Notes: generated from the letters alone by a model not told the origin. A DNA stretch of 64,000 bases from an uncultured Bdellovibrio sp. (GCA_963932905.1 CAWVRN010000007.1:69955-133954), one strand, 5' to 3'. Shown: positions 1 through 10,715, counted from the first letter of the stretch. Numbers and translations: made by a program.

Positions 1-1406
1 CTCGAAACTGTTTCCAGATACTTTAAACGCGTTTCAGCTAACTTGAGCAAATTCGAGTATTTCAATTCTCCCTGAAGTTGTAATTCTTCTTTTGCTAGCG
101 AGAACATTGTTTTAGCTAGAGGCGAATCTAAAAATTTAAGTGCGCGACCTCTAAAGCCTTCGTTCATGTCTTTATTAGCTTCAATTTTGTGTTTAAGCTT
201 GTCCACATGCCCAAGAAACTGAGAATTTTTCTTAATTCCTGCCAAGAAAAGCTCGGCATAATCGTCCACTTCATCTTTTTTCAGAGTTTCGATAATCGTA
301 GACAGTCTGCCGGTCTCGGAATTTAACCAATCCTTAAATTCGGCGAAGGTCTCGAAGTTCTTTTCTTTTGCTAAAACTCGATCGGCGAGACGACGAGTCC
401 ATTCAATTGAGTCTGAAAAATCAGAATCACTTTTCATTAATCTATTTAACTTCTCTTGTGCTGCCTTCAATATGGGATCTTTTGCGATTTCCTCATGAGC
501 GGCTTTACCTAATCCACTTTCCCATTTACTCGATGAAAGAATTTTTCTTTCATTAGCCGCTTGGATCATCTCGTTTGTAATAAATTTTGGATCATAGCTC
601 TGTTCAATATCGAATCGGCCTTCAGCAAAAGGGTCGTCTTTCAACACTAAAGCATCCACAAGCGCATTATATTCTTTTTCGGTCAGCTTTTTTGGAATAT
701 TTCCGGACCCTTCACCAGATTTTACTTGCTGATCTCTTCGCTGACCAACTCCGCCGCCGCCGAATTCAAAAAGATCCAAAAATCTCTTTCGGCGAGCATC
801 TAAATTTTTTTGAGCATACTGTTCATATTCGGTACCCGCGAATAAATCGTAATCACGCTCAATCAAACGAGCCACTCGCAAAGCAGTAATTTGCAGCTGA
901 GTCAGCTGCAAATTAGGATCGTTTCGTAACTCTCTTAACGCTTTTTCGGCCTGATGTTCATGATTTTTGTTTATCAAGTGATTCCAGTTTAAAAAGCTTT
1001 GTACCGGGCTGCCGTCTGGATTACGTAAAGGACCCTCGCCTAGCAAACCATCACTCAAAAGATCTTTTTCAGAGGACGTTAAAGCTTCAGGTTCGAATAA
1101 AATTTTCCTGTAAATTTCTTTATGCCCGGCCTCCATCGTTAGTCCGAATTCAATTTCAAACGCACGAACAAACATGGGAAAGAAAAGCTCAGTTTCTAGT
1201 TGTTTTAGACGACGTAGTTCGCGAGTGAGTGGCAGATTCTTTTTATTCCATTCTAATTTAATTCGTCCCGACTCATCCCTACCCCAGCTCCCTTTTAGCT
1301 CTGTCTCGTAGTTACCCCTATAGACAGAAAGGCATTCTGAGTTAGCTTGCACCAAAGAGGAATAACTAATGATCAAGCTAGTTCCGTATAATAAAACTCG
1401 TCTCAT
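1..1406 (-). CDS. Large secreted hypothetical protein, runs off the left edge (>468 aa); not in the ORF track
   Basis: Manual translation: ATG at 1406 with AGGAG RBS; MRRVLLYGTSLIISYSSLVQA signal-peptide-like start; frame open to position 1. Confidence 0.85.
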   Translation of the reverse strand, partial: MRRVLLYGTSLIISYSSLVQANSECLSVYRGNYETELKGSWGRDESGRIKLEWNKKNLPLTRELRRLKQLETELFFPMFVRAFEIEFGLTMEAGHKEIYRKILFEPEALTSSEKDLLSDGLLGEGPLRNPDGSPVQSFLNWNHLINKNHEHQAEKALRELRNDPNLQLTQLQITALRVARLIERDYDLFAGTEYEQYAQKNLDARRKRFLDLFEFGGGGVGQRRDQQVKSGEGSGNIPKKLTEKEYNALVDALVLKDDPFAEGRFDIEQSYDPKFITNEMIQAANERKILSSSKWESGLGKAAHEEIAKDPILKAAQEKLNRLMKSDSDFSDSIEWTRRLADRVLAKEKNFETFAEFKDWLNSETGRLSTIIETLKKDEVDDYAELFLAGIKKNSQFLGHVDKLKHKIEANKDMNEGFRGRALKFLDSPLAKTMFSLAKEELQLQGELKYSNLLKLAETRLKYLETVS

Positions 1407-1576
1407 AAAATCTCCTATAACCGCTGCACTAGGATGCGATTTTAATACCGACCTTAAAATGAAAATATTTCCAAATGAGTCCACCTAATTGTCTAGTTTT
1501 TAGACATGGCTCCAAAAGGGGCTTACGTTAACCTTTTCGAAACTATAAAATAGCAAGCAGTGGCGGGGTAACTTAT

Positions 1577-1978
1577 ATGCAATCCATTCTATTTTTAATC
1601 CTTCTAGCCTCCATTGGCTCAGCCCAAACTGCGGAAAATCTGAAAAAATCAGAGGAAGATATCCGCCAAGACATGATCAAAATTTCTAGACAACTAGGGG
1701 TCACCTGCACGGAATGCCATAGCTCAAAGAATTTTAAATCAAATGAAAAACCTAATTTCAAAGTTTCATTGGCCCATATGAAAATGACGGAAATGTTAAA
1801 ACAGCAGGGTTTTAGTGGTAAAAACGGTGAACCCGAGGCTTCCTGCTATATGTGCCATCGAGGGGCTTTAAAGTTTGATCACAAAGAACACTTCACCGAT
1901 CATTTCAGATCAGAACCTAAAAAGAAAAAGGCTCCAGAAAAAGAACAAGTTGTTGATGATAAAGCCGATGCTGATTAA
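1577..1978 (+). CDS. Periplasmic dihaem c-type cytochrome (resembles the photosynthetic reaction-centre cytochrome c family)
   Basis: Signal peptide; CTECH and CYMCH motifs, each preceded by a Met-bearing helix; LGVTCxxCH and CYxCHRG pattern. Confidence 0.8.
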   Translation: MQSILFLILLASIGSAQTAENLKKSEEDIRQDMIKISRQLGVTCTECHSSKNFKSNEKPNFKVSLAHMKMTEMLKQQGFSGKNGEPEASCYMCHRGALKFDHKEHFTDHFRSEPKKKKAPEKEQVVDDKADAD

Positions 1979-2337
1979 CCAGCCGCTTTATTTTCGATAG
2001 CGTCAAGCGCTGCAGACAAGAACTGCTTCTGACCGTCATCATCTGTCTGCGAGGTTAAATCCTGAAAGCGACGACGAACGTCACTGATCGAAGACCCCGC
2101 AGGTAATCCAAAAACCTCGTAGGCATCCCAGCCGTGTCCGTTCCACATAAAAATAACATTCAGTACTTTGGCTTGCACTTCGGCTTTTACGCCCAGAACC
2201 GTCGGCTTTTGTGTTTTCATATCTGCTCTCATATTTAATACCGTCGGCTTGGGACTGCTCCCACGTCGCGATAAAATCCACAGTATAAAGGTGCCTGCAA
2301 TTAGCACTTGAACAATGACGATAATTTGACTATTCAT
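1975..2337 (-). CDS. Membrane-anchored protein with a degenerate J-like C-terminal domain
   Basis: N-terminal TM helix; DAYEVFGLPAGSS..DVRRRF resembles J-domain helices I-II; no HPD; start moved to MNSQII. Confidence 0.6.
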   Translation of the reverse strand: MNSQIIVIVQVLIAGTFILWILSRRGSSPKPTVLNMRADMKTQKPTVLGVKAEVQAKVLNVIFMWNGHGWDAYEVFGLPAGSSISDVRRRFQDLTSQTDDDGQKQFLSAALDAIENKAAG

Positions 2338-2428
2338 CTCTGTCTCTGCCTCTATTATCTCAATTATAGGGCAATGTTTCAAATTTAAAAAGTAAAACTA
2401 AATCTTTTTACTTTAGTAAAGGACGTTT

Positions 2429-3220
2429 ATGGCAGCTCCAAATCCATTTGATCAACAGGCCAAAATACCGGGCGTAAAGCACATAATCGCCGTCAGTTCG
2501 GGCAAAGGCGGCGTAGGCAAGTCCACCGTTAGCACGCATTTAGCGTTGGCCTTGGCGAAACGTTTCAAAGTGGGAATCTTAGATGCCGACATTTACGGTC
2601 CGAGCCTGCCTCGCATGTTAGGCTGTCTCAAACAGAAACCCGCCATCACTCCAGAACAAAAGTTAATCCCAATAGAACGCTATGGTTTAAAAATCATGAG
2701 CATTGGTTTTCTAATTGACGAAGGTGCAGCGGTTGTATGGCGTGGCCCCATGCTATTCAAAGCTATGGATCAGTTCCTGCGTGATGTTCAATGGGGTGAG
2801 CTAGACTTTTTGATAGTCGATCTACCTCCGGGTACAGGAGATGTGCAATTAAGTTTAGCTCAAAAGGTTCCTTTAGCAGGGGCCGTGATCGTATCGACTC
2901 CGCAAAATATCTCGTTGATCGATGTTAAGAAAGCCGTTGATATGTTTCAGCGTCTGCAAGTTCCTTTGTTAGGTGCAGTGGAAAACATGGCCTATATGAT
3001 TAACCCAGTGAACGGCGAACGTATGCAATTATTCCCTAAAGGGGAAATTGATTCTTACTTTGAATCCATCAAAGTTCCTAAATTAGGCGAAGTGCCTTTT
3101 AATTCCCATGTAGGACTGGCCTCAGAAGCTGGAATTCCTGTTATTGAAAGTTATCCTGACGGCGCAGAAGCTTTAGAATTCAAAAAAATTGCGGATAAAT
3201 TAGCGGCGCGGTTTACTTAG
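2429..3220 (+). CDS. mrp: Mrp/NBP35 (ApbC) Fe-S cluster carrier ATPase
   Basis: SGKGGVGKST, LDADIYGPS, WRGPM, VDLPPGTGD, VENM motifs. Confidence 0.95.
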   Translation: MAAPNPFDQQAKIPGVKHIIAVSSGKGGVGKSTVSTHLALALAKRFKVGILDADIYGPSLPRMLGCLKQKPAITPEQKLIPIERYGLKIMSIGFLIDEGAAVVWRGPMLFKAMDQFLRDVQWGELDFLIVDLPPGTGDVQLSLAQKVPLAGAVIVSTPQNISLIDVKKAVDMFQRLQVPLLGAVENMAYMINPVNGERMQLFPKGEIDSYFESIKVPKLGEVPFNSHVGLASEAGIPVIESYPDGAEALEFKKIADKLAARFT

Positions 3221-6200
3221 CGCCCGCTTGTTTGATCGAATTGATAACGTCCATCTTATCTTTCATCTCTTTTACAATCGCACCTAAATTATCTTTAGCT
3301 GACTGAGAGTACAACGGCACTTTCAGCTCTTGCGTTGTGCGAATGCGTATTGTGTATTCTTTTTCTTGGGACGTCTTTTCTACGTAGTCGATATAATCAC
3401 CGATTTTTTTCAAAACATCCATTTCATCCGTCAAACGTTTCGAATAGCGATCGAATTTCATTTTCTTATCTCTATATACCGAAACATAGCTTTCATCATA
3501 ATAACGGTACAAAGACTTCATAATAAAATCTGAACTTAGTAACTGTATCGGACGACGAGTGGCAAACCTATCGCCAATAAAATTCGAATCAAGACCGTAG
3601 TAACCAATAAATGAACGACTCATTTCAGTCAAAAGATTGTCGAAGAATGGGTACGCGATATCAAGTTCTTTCAAAATAAATTTAAATCGCTGGAAGTCTT
3701 CGCGGTCAAACAAATCTTTAACACCAATCAGATCAAGTGTTGTTTTTGTATCATCAGTGATATGTAACAAGAAAATGCCATGATAGTAAATTTTCGTAAT
3801 ATGTTCCAAATCAAACGGTGACCGAATATCGAAAGAATTATTCAAGGTTGGACCGAAACGATACAAACTATAAGCAATATTGAATTGCTCTGAAAGTTTT
3901 GATGCCGACAGTTTTCCTTTTCCAAACCAATTAACAAAATCTGCCTGAGAGCCGCCTTTGACAGGCGCAAATTCATGAACAGTAACGATCTTTTGAACCT
4001 TACTATCTAAAGTTTCCGAACTTGAAAATGCAACCGATCTGATTTCTGCTTTACGATAAAACGTTTGTGTCGCCATTCCCGCACTGAAGTTAATTTTCAA
4101 AGCCGGGTCAATAGGTGGCAACTGAACAGATCCTAAATTTAGGCCGTATTCAACATATTGCTTAACTCTAAAATAGAAATCTAAATGTATAACAGACAAC
4201 TGACCCGCATTGAAATAACTACGCGACGAAATGTTGGTCGGTAAAGCATAACTTAATGGCGCAATACTAGAAACTAACGTTTTAGATTGGGCATTAACTT
4301 TAGACAAAACGAATTCCCAATACTTTTTCTCGTACGCAAGAACCTTGTTTACTAATTCCTGTTCTTTCTTTCTTTTCAGATAATAACATTCGTCGAACGT
4401 TTTTGCCATTCCAAGGTAGTCGGTCAAAAACTGAGTGTAAAATCCTTTAAAGTTTTCCAATTCTTTAGCAATTTTTGAATTTTCCAATCCCGCGTCCGCG
4501 AGTGAATCAGACAAAGTTTCCATATATAGAACCACGTAACTAATATCGGCTCTAATAAACTCCAACGCCTTTGTAATTTCACTATTATAAGGGAACAGTC
4601 CCATGACATCCGAACCACCGCCATGTTCTGACGACGACGCATTAGATTCAATATTATCGGATAGTTTTCCGACAAGGAGTGATTTTTGCAAATCTTCTAA
4701 ATCAAATTCACGCTCAACATCTTGATTGGCTTTCCAAGCTTCACATTGGCTTTGAAACTTTGCCAATTGAGCCGAGCGTAGTTTAACTTTAATACCTTCG
4801 TGCAATTTGAACACTTTTGCTTCCTGACCCTGGCCCGGCTTCACGACCGCGATTTGAACCAAACGGCTTTGAGCTAGCCACATGAACAAATTTTTAAGCA
4901 AATCTTGCTCGTCGTAACCAAGTTCTTTGAACAAGCCCAGCTTAATGCCATCGGCAAGACCATCTAGAACTTCGAATTTTTGAAGCATTCGATCATTTTG
5001 ACTAAATTCAAACTGGTCCGCTAATTCGCCAAGATAGAATCCTTCTGAAATCATCAACACGTTCGGAATAATATTACTAACCTTAATATTCGCCGATGAA
5101 TCTTTTTTAATAATTTGATCGTTTAATTTAACTTCTTCTTTTATATCGATATTATTTTCAGCAAACATTTTCAACAACACTAGAACTGAATTCGAAGTTA
5201 GAAAGCGTTTCAAGAATATGTCCATATCCACAATTTTCTTATGTAGGCCATCGGCCTTTAAAGACTTGGTCGCCGGCAAGAAAATACGTACTTTTTCAAT
5301 ACGTTCGCGGCTTAATGTTTGGGACATAGCTAATGACTTGCGTAGTTCTGGGAAGTAGTCGGCCGATTGATAGTTCACACGTTTTTTCTGAAACTGAGCG
5401 AATTCTTCTTTGTATTTCAATATGATTTGTGCCACTTCGTAATTTACCCAATGTCCCAACGCGACTTTGAAAGTAGACGGATTAATCAATCCACTTTTAA
5501 TCATGTTTTCTGTATTGTTCGCATCGATGTCGGAAATCAACATCGAAACCACTAAACCTAGCTCATTTTCATTGGTAATTTCTTGTAAACCAATTTTAGA
5601 AGTGAAAACTGGGATATCCGTTTTCATTCTTTGAATGTTCTTTTTGTAATCAGATAATTCTTTAGCTGCATTCGGCGAAAGAACCTGAGTGATGTCCTTC
5701 TTCAAACTAGTTAATGAGGTAAGTAGCTTTTCGCGTTGGGAACGCGTAATAGTCGCACCTGAAAATTCCTTTTCATCAATTTTTATTTTTGAATTTAAAG
5801 AGGTTGTTAATAAATGCTCGATCAGATCTCGATTTGTTTTTACCCACAGATTGCCATCTTTAATAAAACTAAAATTCGTTTCATTCTTGATGGAGCTAAT
5901 TTGATTTTGCATAAACAACAGGTCCTCGTCTGTCGTTCCCACCTCTTGTATCTTGTTCATTAACAAAACTAACTTAAACCTAAAAATAGGGTCTTTAGAT
6001 TCTTCAGCAGATTTGTAAATTAGCTTTTTAGTTTCAGGTATATGTAGACCATCAATCACTCGGCTATCGATATCAGCGTCCGAGAAAATAAAATCAACTA
6101 GTTTATTGAAAAGGCCAATTTTACCTCTCTCAGTCCACTTCCTGACTAAAAATGAAATCATTTGCTGGGTTTCATTAGAATATTTAACTCGTAATTCAGC

Positions 6201-6431
6201 TTTCATAAAATCAGACATCATGTACTGTTCTGATCTTTGAATGCGTTCAGCTTCGTCCTGTACGCCATTGATTTCCGCAACGATATTTTTGCCTTCATCA
6301 GCAGGACCGAAATCGCCCGATAAAACTTGCGTGCGTTCCCCTTCATGCTTTTTAATGGGGGCTTTTTCACCGGTACAGTTAACTAGCAAAAATACCATCG
6401 CTAACAAACAAGCCATCATTCTAGATTTCAT
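3213..6431 (-). CDS. Large lipoprotein B (1072 aa), paralog of 7353-10706
   Basis: LLVNC lipobox-like signal; colinear similarity to the neighbouring 1117-aa protein. Confidence 0.8.
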   Translation of the reverse strand: MKSRMMACLLAMVFLLVNCTGEKAPIKKHEGERTQVLSGDFGPADEGKNIVAEINGVQDEAERIQRSEQYMMSDFMKAELRVKYSNETQQMISFLVRKWTERGKIGLFNKLVDFIFSDADIDSRVIDGLHIPETKKLIYKSAEESKDPIFRFKLVLLMNKIQEVGTTDEDLLFMQNQISSIKNETNFSFIKDGNLWVKTNRDLIEHLLTTSLNSKIKIDEKEFSGATITRSQREKLLTSLTSLKKDITQVLSPNAAKELSDYKKNIQRMKTDIPVFTSKIGLQEITNENELGLVVSMLISDIDANNTENMIKSGLINPSTFKVALGHWVNYEVAQIILKYKEEFAQFQKKRVNYQSADYFPELRKSLAMSQTLSRERIEKVRIFLPATKSLKADGLHKKIVDMDIFLKRFLTSNSVLVLLKMFAENNIDIKEEVKLNDQIIKKDSSANIKVSNIIPNVLMISEGFYLGELADQFEFSQNDRMLQKFEVLDGLADGIKLGLFKELGYDEQDLLKNLFMWLAQSRLVQIAVVKPGQGQEAKVFKLHEGIKVKLRSAQLAKFQSQCEAWKANQDVEREFDLEDLQKSLLVGKLSDNIESNASSSEHGGGSDVMGLFPYNSEITKALEFIRADISYVVLYMETLSDSLADAGLENSKIAKELENFKGFYTQFLTDYLGMAKTFDECYYLKRKKEQELVNKVLAYEKKYWEFVLSKVNAQSKTLVSSIAPLSYALPTNISSRSYFNAGQLSVIHLDFYFRVKQYVEYGLNLGSVQLPPIDPALKINFSAGMATQTFYRKAEIRSVAFSSSETLDSKVQKIVTVHEFAPVKGGSQADFVNWFGKGKLSASKLSEQFNIAYSLYRFGPTLNNSFDIRSPFDLEHITKIYYHGIFLLHITDDTKTTLDLIGVKDLFDREDFQRFKFILKELDIAYPFFDNLLTEMSRSFIGYYGLDSNFIGDRFATRRPIQLLSSDFIMKSLYRYYDESYVSVYRDKKMKFDRYSKRLTDEMDVLKKIGDYIDYVEKTSQEKEYTIRIRTTQELKVPLYSQSAKDNLGAIVKEMKDKMDVINSIKQAGAK

Positions 6432-7353
6432 ATGAAACTCCTAGAGTGACTTTCTGTTCCCATTCGTTTACGTAAAAGAAACGCATTGTTTTATTTTCGT
6501 CGTAACTGCCAACCAAATAATTCAAACTCACTTTAGCTTTGCCGATTTTGTAACCGCCATAAATCAACGTCGACGTAACCAGAGTGTAGTTACCATCAAA
6601 TGCTGACCGATTAGCGACATTTTGACTGATGCCAATAGATGCATCTTTACTGATTTTATACGGAACACCCACGCTAAATGTATACGCATTCGACCACGCC
6701 GAGTTCTTTTTATTCGTTGTTGGAGAATAGTCGTAGGTGTGCTGAGTATAGGCCGCCGACAAGCCATGGTTAAACTGAATAAAATAGAACTTATGAGACG
6801 CACCCAAACTATAACTTAAGCCTGTTTTGATTCCTTCGAATTGAGAGTCGTAGCTGGTTGGCGCAAATGTCGAAACGTTTTGGCTTAACTTCACATTGTT
6901 AATCTCACCTAAATCGTGGGACCAGCTGAGTGATAAATCGTCCCAAACCGGGTTACCTTCTTCTTTAGGGATATTATTATCAACCGCATAATAACTAACA
7001 CCCATTTGCAGTCCAAGGCTTTGAGTTTTAGTTAATTTATAGGCACCGCTCAAAGAAAGCGTTTGGTTATAAGTTCTATTTGTTTGTTCCTTTGAAAAAT
7101 CAGTACCGGAGGAGGCATAGAAACTTAAACCAAACGGAGTTTCTTCCTTTGTGATTTTTGACGATAACGAATTCATACGTGACGTTTTAAAATAGCTATC
7201 ATTTTCAATATACTGCCGCTTAGGACGCGCCTTCTGAAGCACCGATTGGGAATAGCCAGCGGACGATCCTAATAAAAGAGCCACCACCAACCAAATACCA
7301 GTCAGGCAGCGATTCAATTTTTGAAAATAGCCGTAGTGTCCGCTTATCATCAC
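6421..7353 (-). CDS. Outer-membrane beta-barrel protein (true start may be downstream)
   Basis: Signal peptide, alternating aromatic/polar strands, C-terminal VTLGVSYEI beta-signal-like end. Confidence 0.75.
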   Translation of the reverse strand: MMISGHYGYFQKLNRCLTGIWLVVALLLGSSAGYSQSVLQKARPKRQYIENDSYFKTSRMNSLSSKITKEETPFGLSFYASSGTDFSKEQTNRTYNQTLSLSGAYKLTKTQSLGLQMGVSYYAVDNNIPKEEGNPVWDDLSLSWSHDLGEINNVKLSQNVSTFAPTSYDSQFEGIKTGLSYSLGASHKFYFIQFNHGLSAAYTQHTYDYSPTTNKKNSAWSNAYTFSVGVPYKISKDASIGISQNVANRSAFDGNYTLVTSTLIYGGYKIGKAKVSLNYLVGSYDENKTMRFFYVNEWEQKVTLGVSYEI

Positions 7354-10300
7354 TATCTTTTACCTTGCTTTGAAAAACAGTTTTTAGCCGTCGTTTGCTC
7401 TTTAAAGCATTCACCAGTTCTTACGTTATGGAAGTTGTTAATCTTGCGCTGAGCATTTTTTAATACTTCTGCAGAAATCAAGCGGTAGTTACCGTCTTGA
7501 ATCATATCCGGAGAATACATCCCACGCTGGCCATCATTTAGTTCATAACGAATCACAAAATCACTAGCTTTAGTCGACTTCTCGATGCCCATCAAAGAGC
7601 CCAAGATATCATTTAGACGACTATCCATCGCTTTCACTTTGTTTCTATATTTGCTTTCTAATATACCACTCACTTCGGCGGGAACTGGGAAAACAAATTT
7701 CTCCAAGTTCGCCATCGCTTTATGGAAATCAGCGGCTTCGTTCATATCGTTTTCTACTTGAATCCATTTTTCAAAAGAACTATCCAAAATACCTTTGAAT
7801 TCGCTGTCTGGACTATCAAACAGAATGCCTACCAATTTATCTTTTGTTTCACGTGATTTCATTTTCATCAGCTGTAAAACCTTGGCTTCGCGTTCAGAAA
7901 TACCGATTAACGAAAGAATATTCTTAGCTTCTGCCAAAATATCGTTAGCCGTAATTTTTCCTTTGGCTTTGCCACCCTCAATATCGAAACTTAAATTATA
8001 CAAGCTCATTACGCTTTCCATTTTTAGAATCAATGGTTGGGTTTCAATCATCGAAGTTATCCACTGGAAACTACTTTTCGAGGTAGCCTGTATAGTTCTG
8101 AGTCCATAAGAAATAAACTCATCACGCGTAAATTGTTTCTTAGTACCGATATCTCTAAACGGAACCACCATGGCTTTCAGATTATAACCATCGATACCTT
8201 GTTGATCTGGCAAATCAAATGTAACTGACGGTTTCAAAGTTTGGCTGTATCCCATTACTCGCGAAATCAAACTCCAATGAGAGAATGTGTACTGATTATC
8301 GGTAACAGAATCATTGACACCCATTTTCATCGCAGTTTTTAAAGCATCTTGAGCGTCTTTTTTGGACTTAGCATCTGTGATTTTGCGAAGTTTATCTGCT
8401 TCATCAAAAACTTTTCCAAAATGTTCAGCTTCTAATTCATATACGGCCAATGTGCGATCGCGCTCCATCAGTACCAATTTGTTTAAGCAATCCGAAGCTT
8501 TCTTATGCTGATCAACCGCCACATTAAAGAATTTGACCTTTAAATCTTCATAGGAGGCGATTTCTTTTCTAAGTTCTTCGATAATTTGTTTGTCTGATTC
8601 GCTATTTAATTTCTGAGCCAAAATCTCCATCATCGAGCTAATTTGTAAATTTAGTGATTCATAATCGTCACGGACGCCACGGTATTCACTGATTGGTCCA
8701 GAAATGTATAAACTGTAGAGCTTATTTAGAGTTGCGTTCGTTAAGTTACCGAACAAAAGGTACTTTTGCAGGTCTTCCGCAGCAAATTTCAATTCAAAAT
8801 CTAAATCGCCTTTTTTCACTAGATCGCAGGTCGCCATGATGTTTTGGAATTCTACGTCGTTATTAGAATTCATATTTTCCATCGTCTCGATCATCTTTTT
8901 TAGCTTCGACGTTTCTTCCGAAAGCGTACGTTTCACCGCATTTTGGAAGAATTTGATTTTAGATGAACGTTTAATACCAGCATCTTCCGTTACGATCGAG
9001 AATGTATCAAACACTCCCGATTCTAAACCGAAGTAGTATGAAAAAATCGTTTCTGTTTTATTGATCGGAGCTGAATCGCCGCCAAAGATGAACCACGGTT
9101 CGTCGATCTTGCCGTTGATCATATCTTTCATCACTTCTTTTGGCGTTACTTTAAAGTCCATTCCCCAGAATGATTTAACTTTAATTTCAGCTTCCTGATC
9201 GATCATGATATCATTGATAACCATCATATTGGGGTAGATCGATAGATATTTAACGTTACGACTGATACTGCGTAGTACCCCTTCTGTATCATCCATGATT
9301 GATTTTCTGCCGTTAGATTTCTGCTTAGCAAAAATAGCCATTGTTTCAACACGGCTTAAGAACATCGACCATTCGTCATTGATGGTCTGACTGCGATTAA
9401 CCACTTGATCGAATAGCTTTTCATTAGGGATATCCTTTTGTTTAAAGATATTTCCCATGTAAATATTCGTATTGAACAACATTTTTAAGAATTCGAATTT
9501 AAAATATAAACGAATTGTACGGTCTAGATAATCTTGACGTTTCTCCGTACCTTCCCAAAATAAATTTGCCTCTTCTAGACCTAAATGGCCACGATACAAA
9601 CGATCAACAACATAAAAATACTCATTATAGAATGAATCTGATGTTAAATCTTCAATGTTGATTTTAAAATTTTTCAGCACGTTAGTTTTAACAGCAGCCA
9701 CTCTTACTTTCTTCTTCTCATCTTCAGAAAGCGCTTTAAATTTAGCTTCATCGTTTCCTTTAGCTATATCTTCCTGGATTTCTAGCACGGAATCATGGAA
9801 AGACATTCCTAAGGAATCTTTGGTGCTTTTTAAATCATTGATAACTTGTTTTAAACCTGGAGATAACTTTTTATCTTCATAGATAAAACCCTTAGCCGCC
9901 ACTTCAAATACTTTAACTGATCCAAGCTGAGTATAGCTCTTATCAAATGCCGAATATCTCCATGGCTCTAGTTTCTTTAACCATTCAGAGATCTTTGCAT
10001 CCTTCTTATCGATCACGTTTTGGCTTAAGATAATTTGGAACAATTTGGCGTGGCGTTCTTTATTTTCCGCCTCGACCTTGCCGAGACTGTTTAAGTATTC
10101 GAAATACTCTTTTCCTCTAAGGATATACATCATCTCAAGTTCTACTGTTCTTAGACGGTTATTAACTTCGAAACCTAGCTGAATGATTTTGTAATATTCG
10201 TCAATTTTAAGAGTCTTTTCTTTCAGTTTTAAAATTTCAGTAATAACGCTCACACTTCGCTGATCGCGCTTCAAAAAGTTTAACGATTCACAACCACGCA

Positions 10301-10706
10301 AGTCTTTCTCGCAACCTTTAAGTGCCCATTTCAAGTAAGCGTCTGCACCCGCGTCTGTTTTGCTGGCTTTAAAGTTTTCAAGCAAAGAGTAGTTATAGTA
10401 ACCAAGCAATGCGATACCATCGTTTACTTTTTTGCTATCTAATTCCTCAAATTTCTTCTCGTCACTTAAAATCGAAGAGGCTTGACGAATGACCGCCGAG
10501 TAATTCTTCTTAGTCATATCGTCATAGATATTTTTCAACCAATTAGGATCACTTTGAATATCAACTAAATCGTCACGCGTTTCCGTAACGAATTCAGTTT
10601 GCTTTGCACCCTCGTGAGACTGCTTTTCCACTTTTCTAAAGTTACAAGCGCTTAAGCCCAGAGTCGTTGCTAATACTAGTGTGATGTGTGTAGTTATATT
10701 TTTCAT
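7353..10706 (-). CDS. Large lipoprotein A (1117 aa), mostly helical, unknown function
   Basis: LSAC lipobox; AGGA-like RBS; long ORF tightly coupled to both neighbours. Confidence 0.85.
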   Translation of the reverse strand: MKNITTHITLVLATTLGLSACNFRKVEKQSHEGAKQTEFVTETRDDLVDIQSDPNWLKNIYDDMTKKNYSAVIRQASSILSDEKKFEELDSKKVNDGIALLGYYNYSLLENFKASKTDAGADAYLKWALKGCEKDLRGCESLNFLKRDQRSVSVITEILKLKEKTLKIDEYYKIIQLGFEVNNRLRTVELEMMYILRGKEYFEYLNSLGKVEAENKERHAKLFQIILSQNVIDKKDAKISEWLKKLEPWRYSAFDKSYTQLGSVKVFEVAAKGFIYEDKKLSPGLKQVINDLKSTKDSLGMSFHDSVLEIQEDIAKGNDEAKFKALSEDEKKKVRVAAVKTNVLKNFKINIEDLTSDSFYNEYFYVVDRLYRGHLGLEEANLFWEGTEKRQDYLDRTIRLYFKFEFLKMLFNTNIYMGNIFKQKDIPNEKLFDQVVNRSQTINDEWSMFLSRVETMAIFAKQKSNGRKSIMDDTEGVLRSISRNVKYLSIYPNMMVINDIMIDQEAEIKVKSFWGMDFKVTPKEVMKDMINGKIDEPWFIFGGDSAPINKTETIFSYYFGLESGVFDTFSIVTEDAGIKRSSKIKFFQNAVKRTLSEETSKLKKMIETMENMNSNNDVEFQNIMATCDLVKKGDLDFELKFAAEDLQKYLLFGNLTNATLNKLYSLYISGPISEYRGVRDDYESLNLQISSMMEILAQKLNSESDKQIIEELRKEIASYEDLKVKFFNVAVDQHKKASDCLNKLVLMERDRTLAVYELEAEHFGKVFDEADKLRKITDAKSKKDAQDALKTAMKMGVNDSVTDNQYTFSHWSLISRVMGYSQTLKPSVTFDLPDQQGIDGYNLKAMVVPFRDIGTKKQFTRDEFISYGLRTIQATSKSSFQWITSMIETQPLILKMESVMSLYNLSFDIEGGKAKGKITANDILAEAKNILSLIGISEREAKVLQLMKMKSRETKDKLVGILFDSPDSEFKGILDSSFEKWIQVENDMNEAADFHKAMANLEKFVFPVPAEVSGILESKYRNKVKAMDSRLNDILGSLMGIEKSTKASDFVIRYELNDGQRGMYSPDMIQDGNYRLISAEVLKNAQRKINNFHNVRTGECFKEQTTAKNCFSKQGKR

Positions 10707-10715
10707 ATCATCATC

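Noticed and set aside
368..889. Plus-strand ORFs of 62 and 100 aa
   Set aside because: Antisense shadows of the long minus-strand ORF 1-1406
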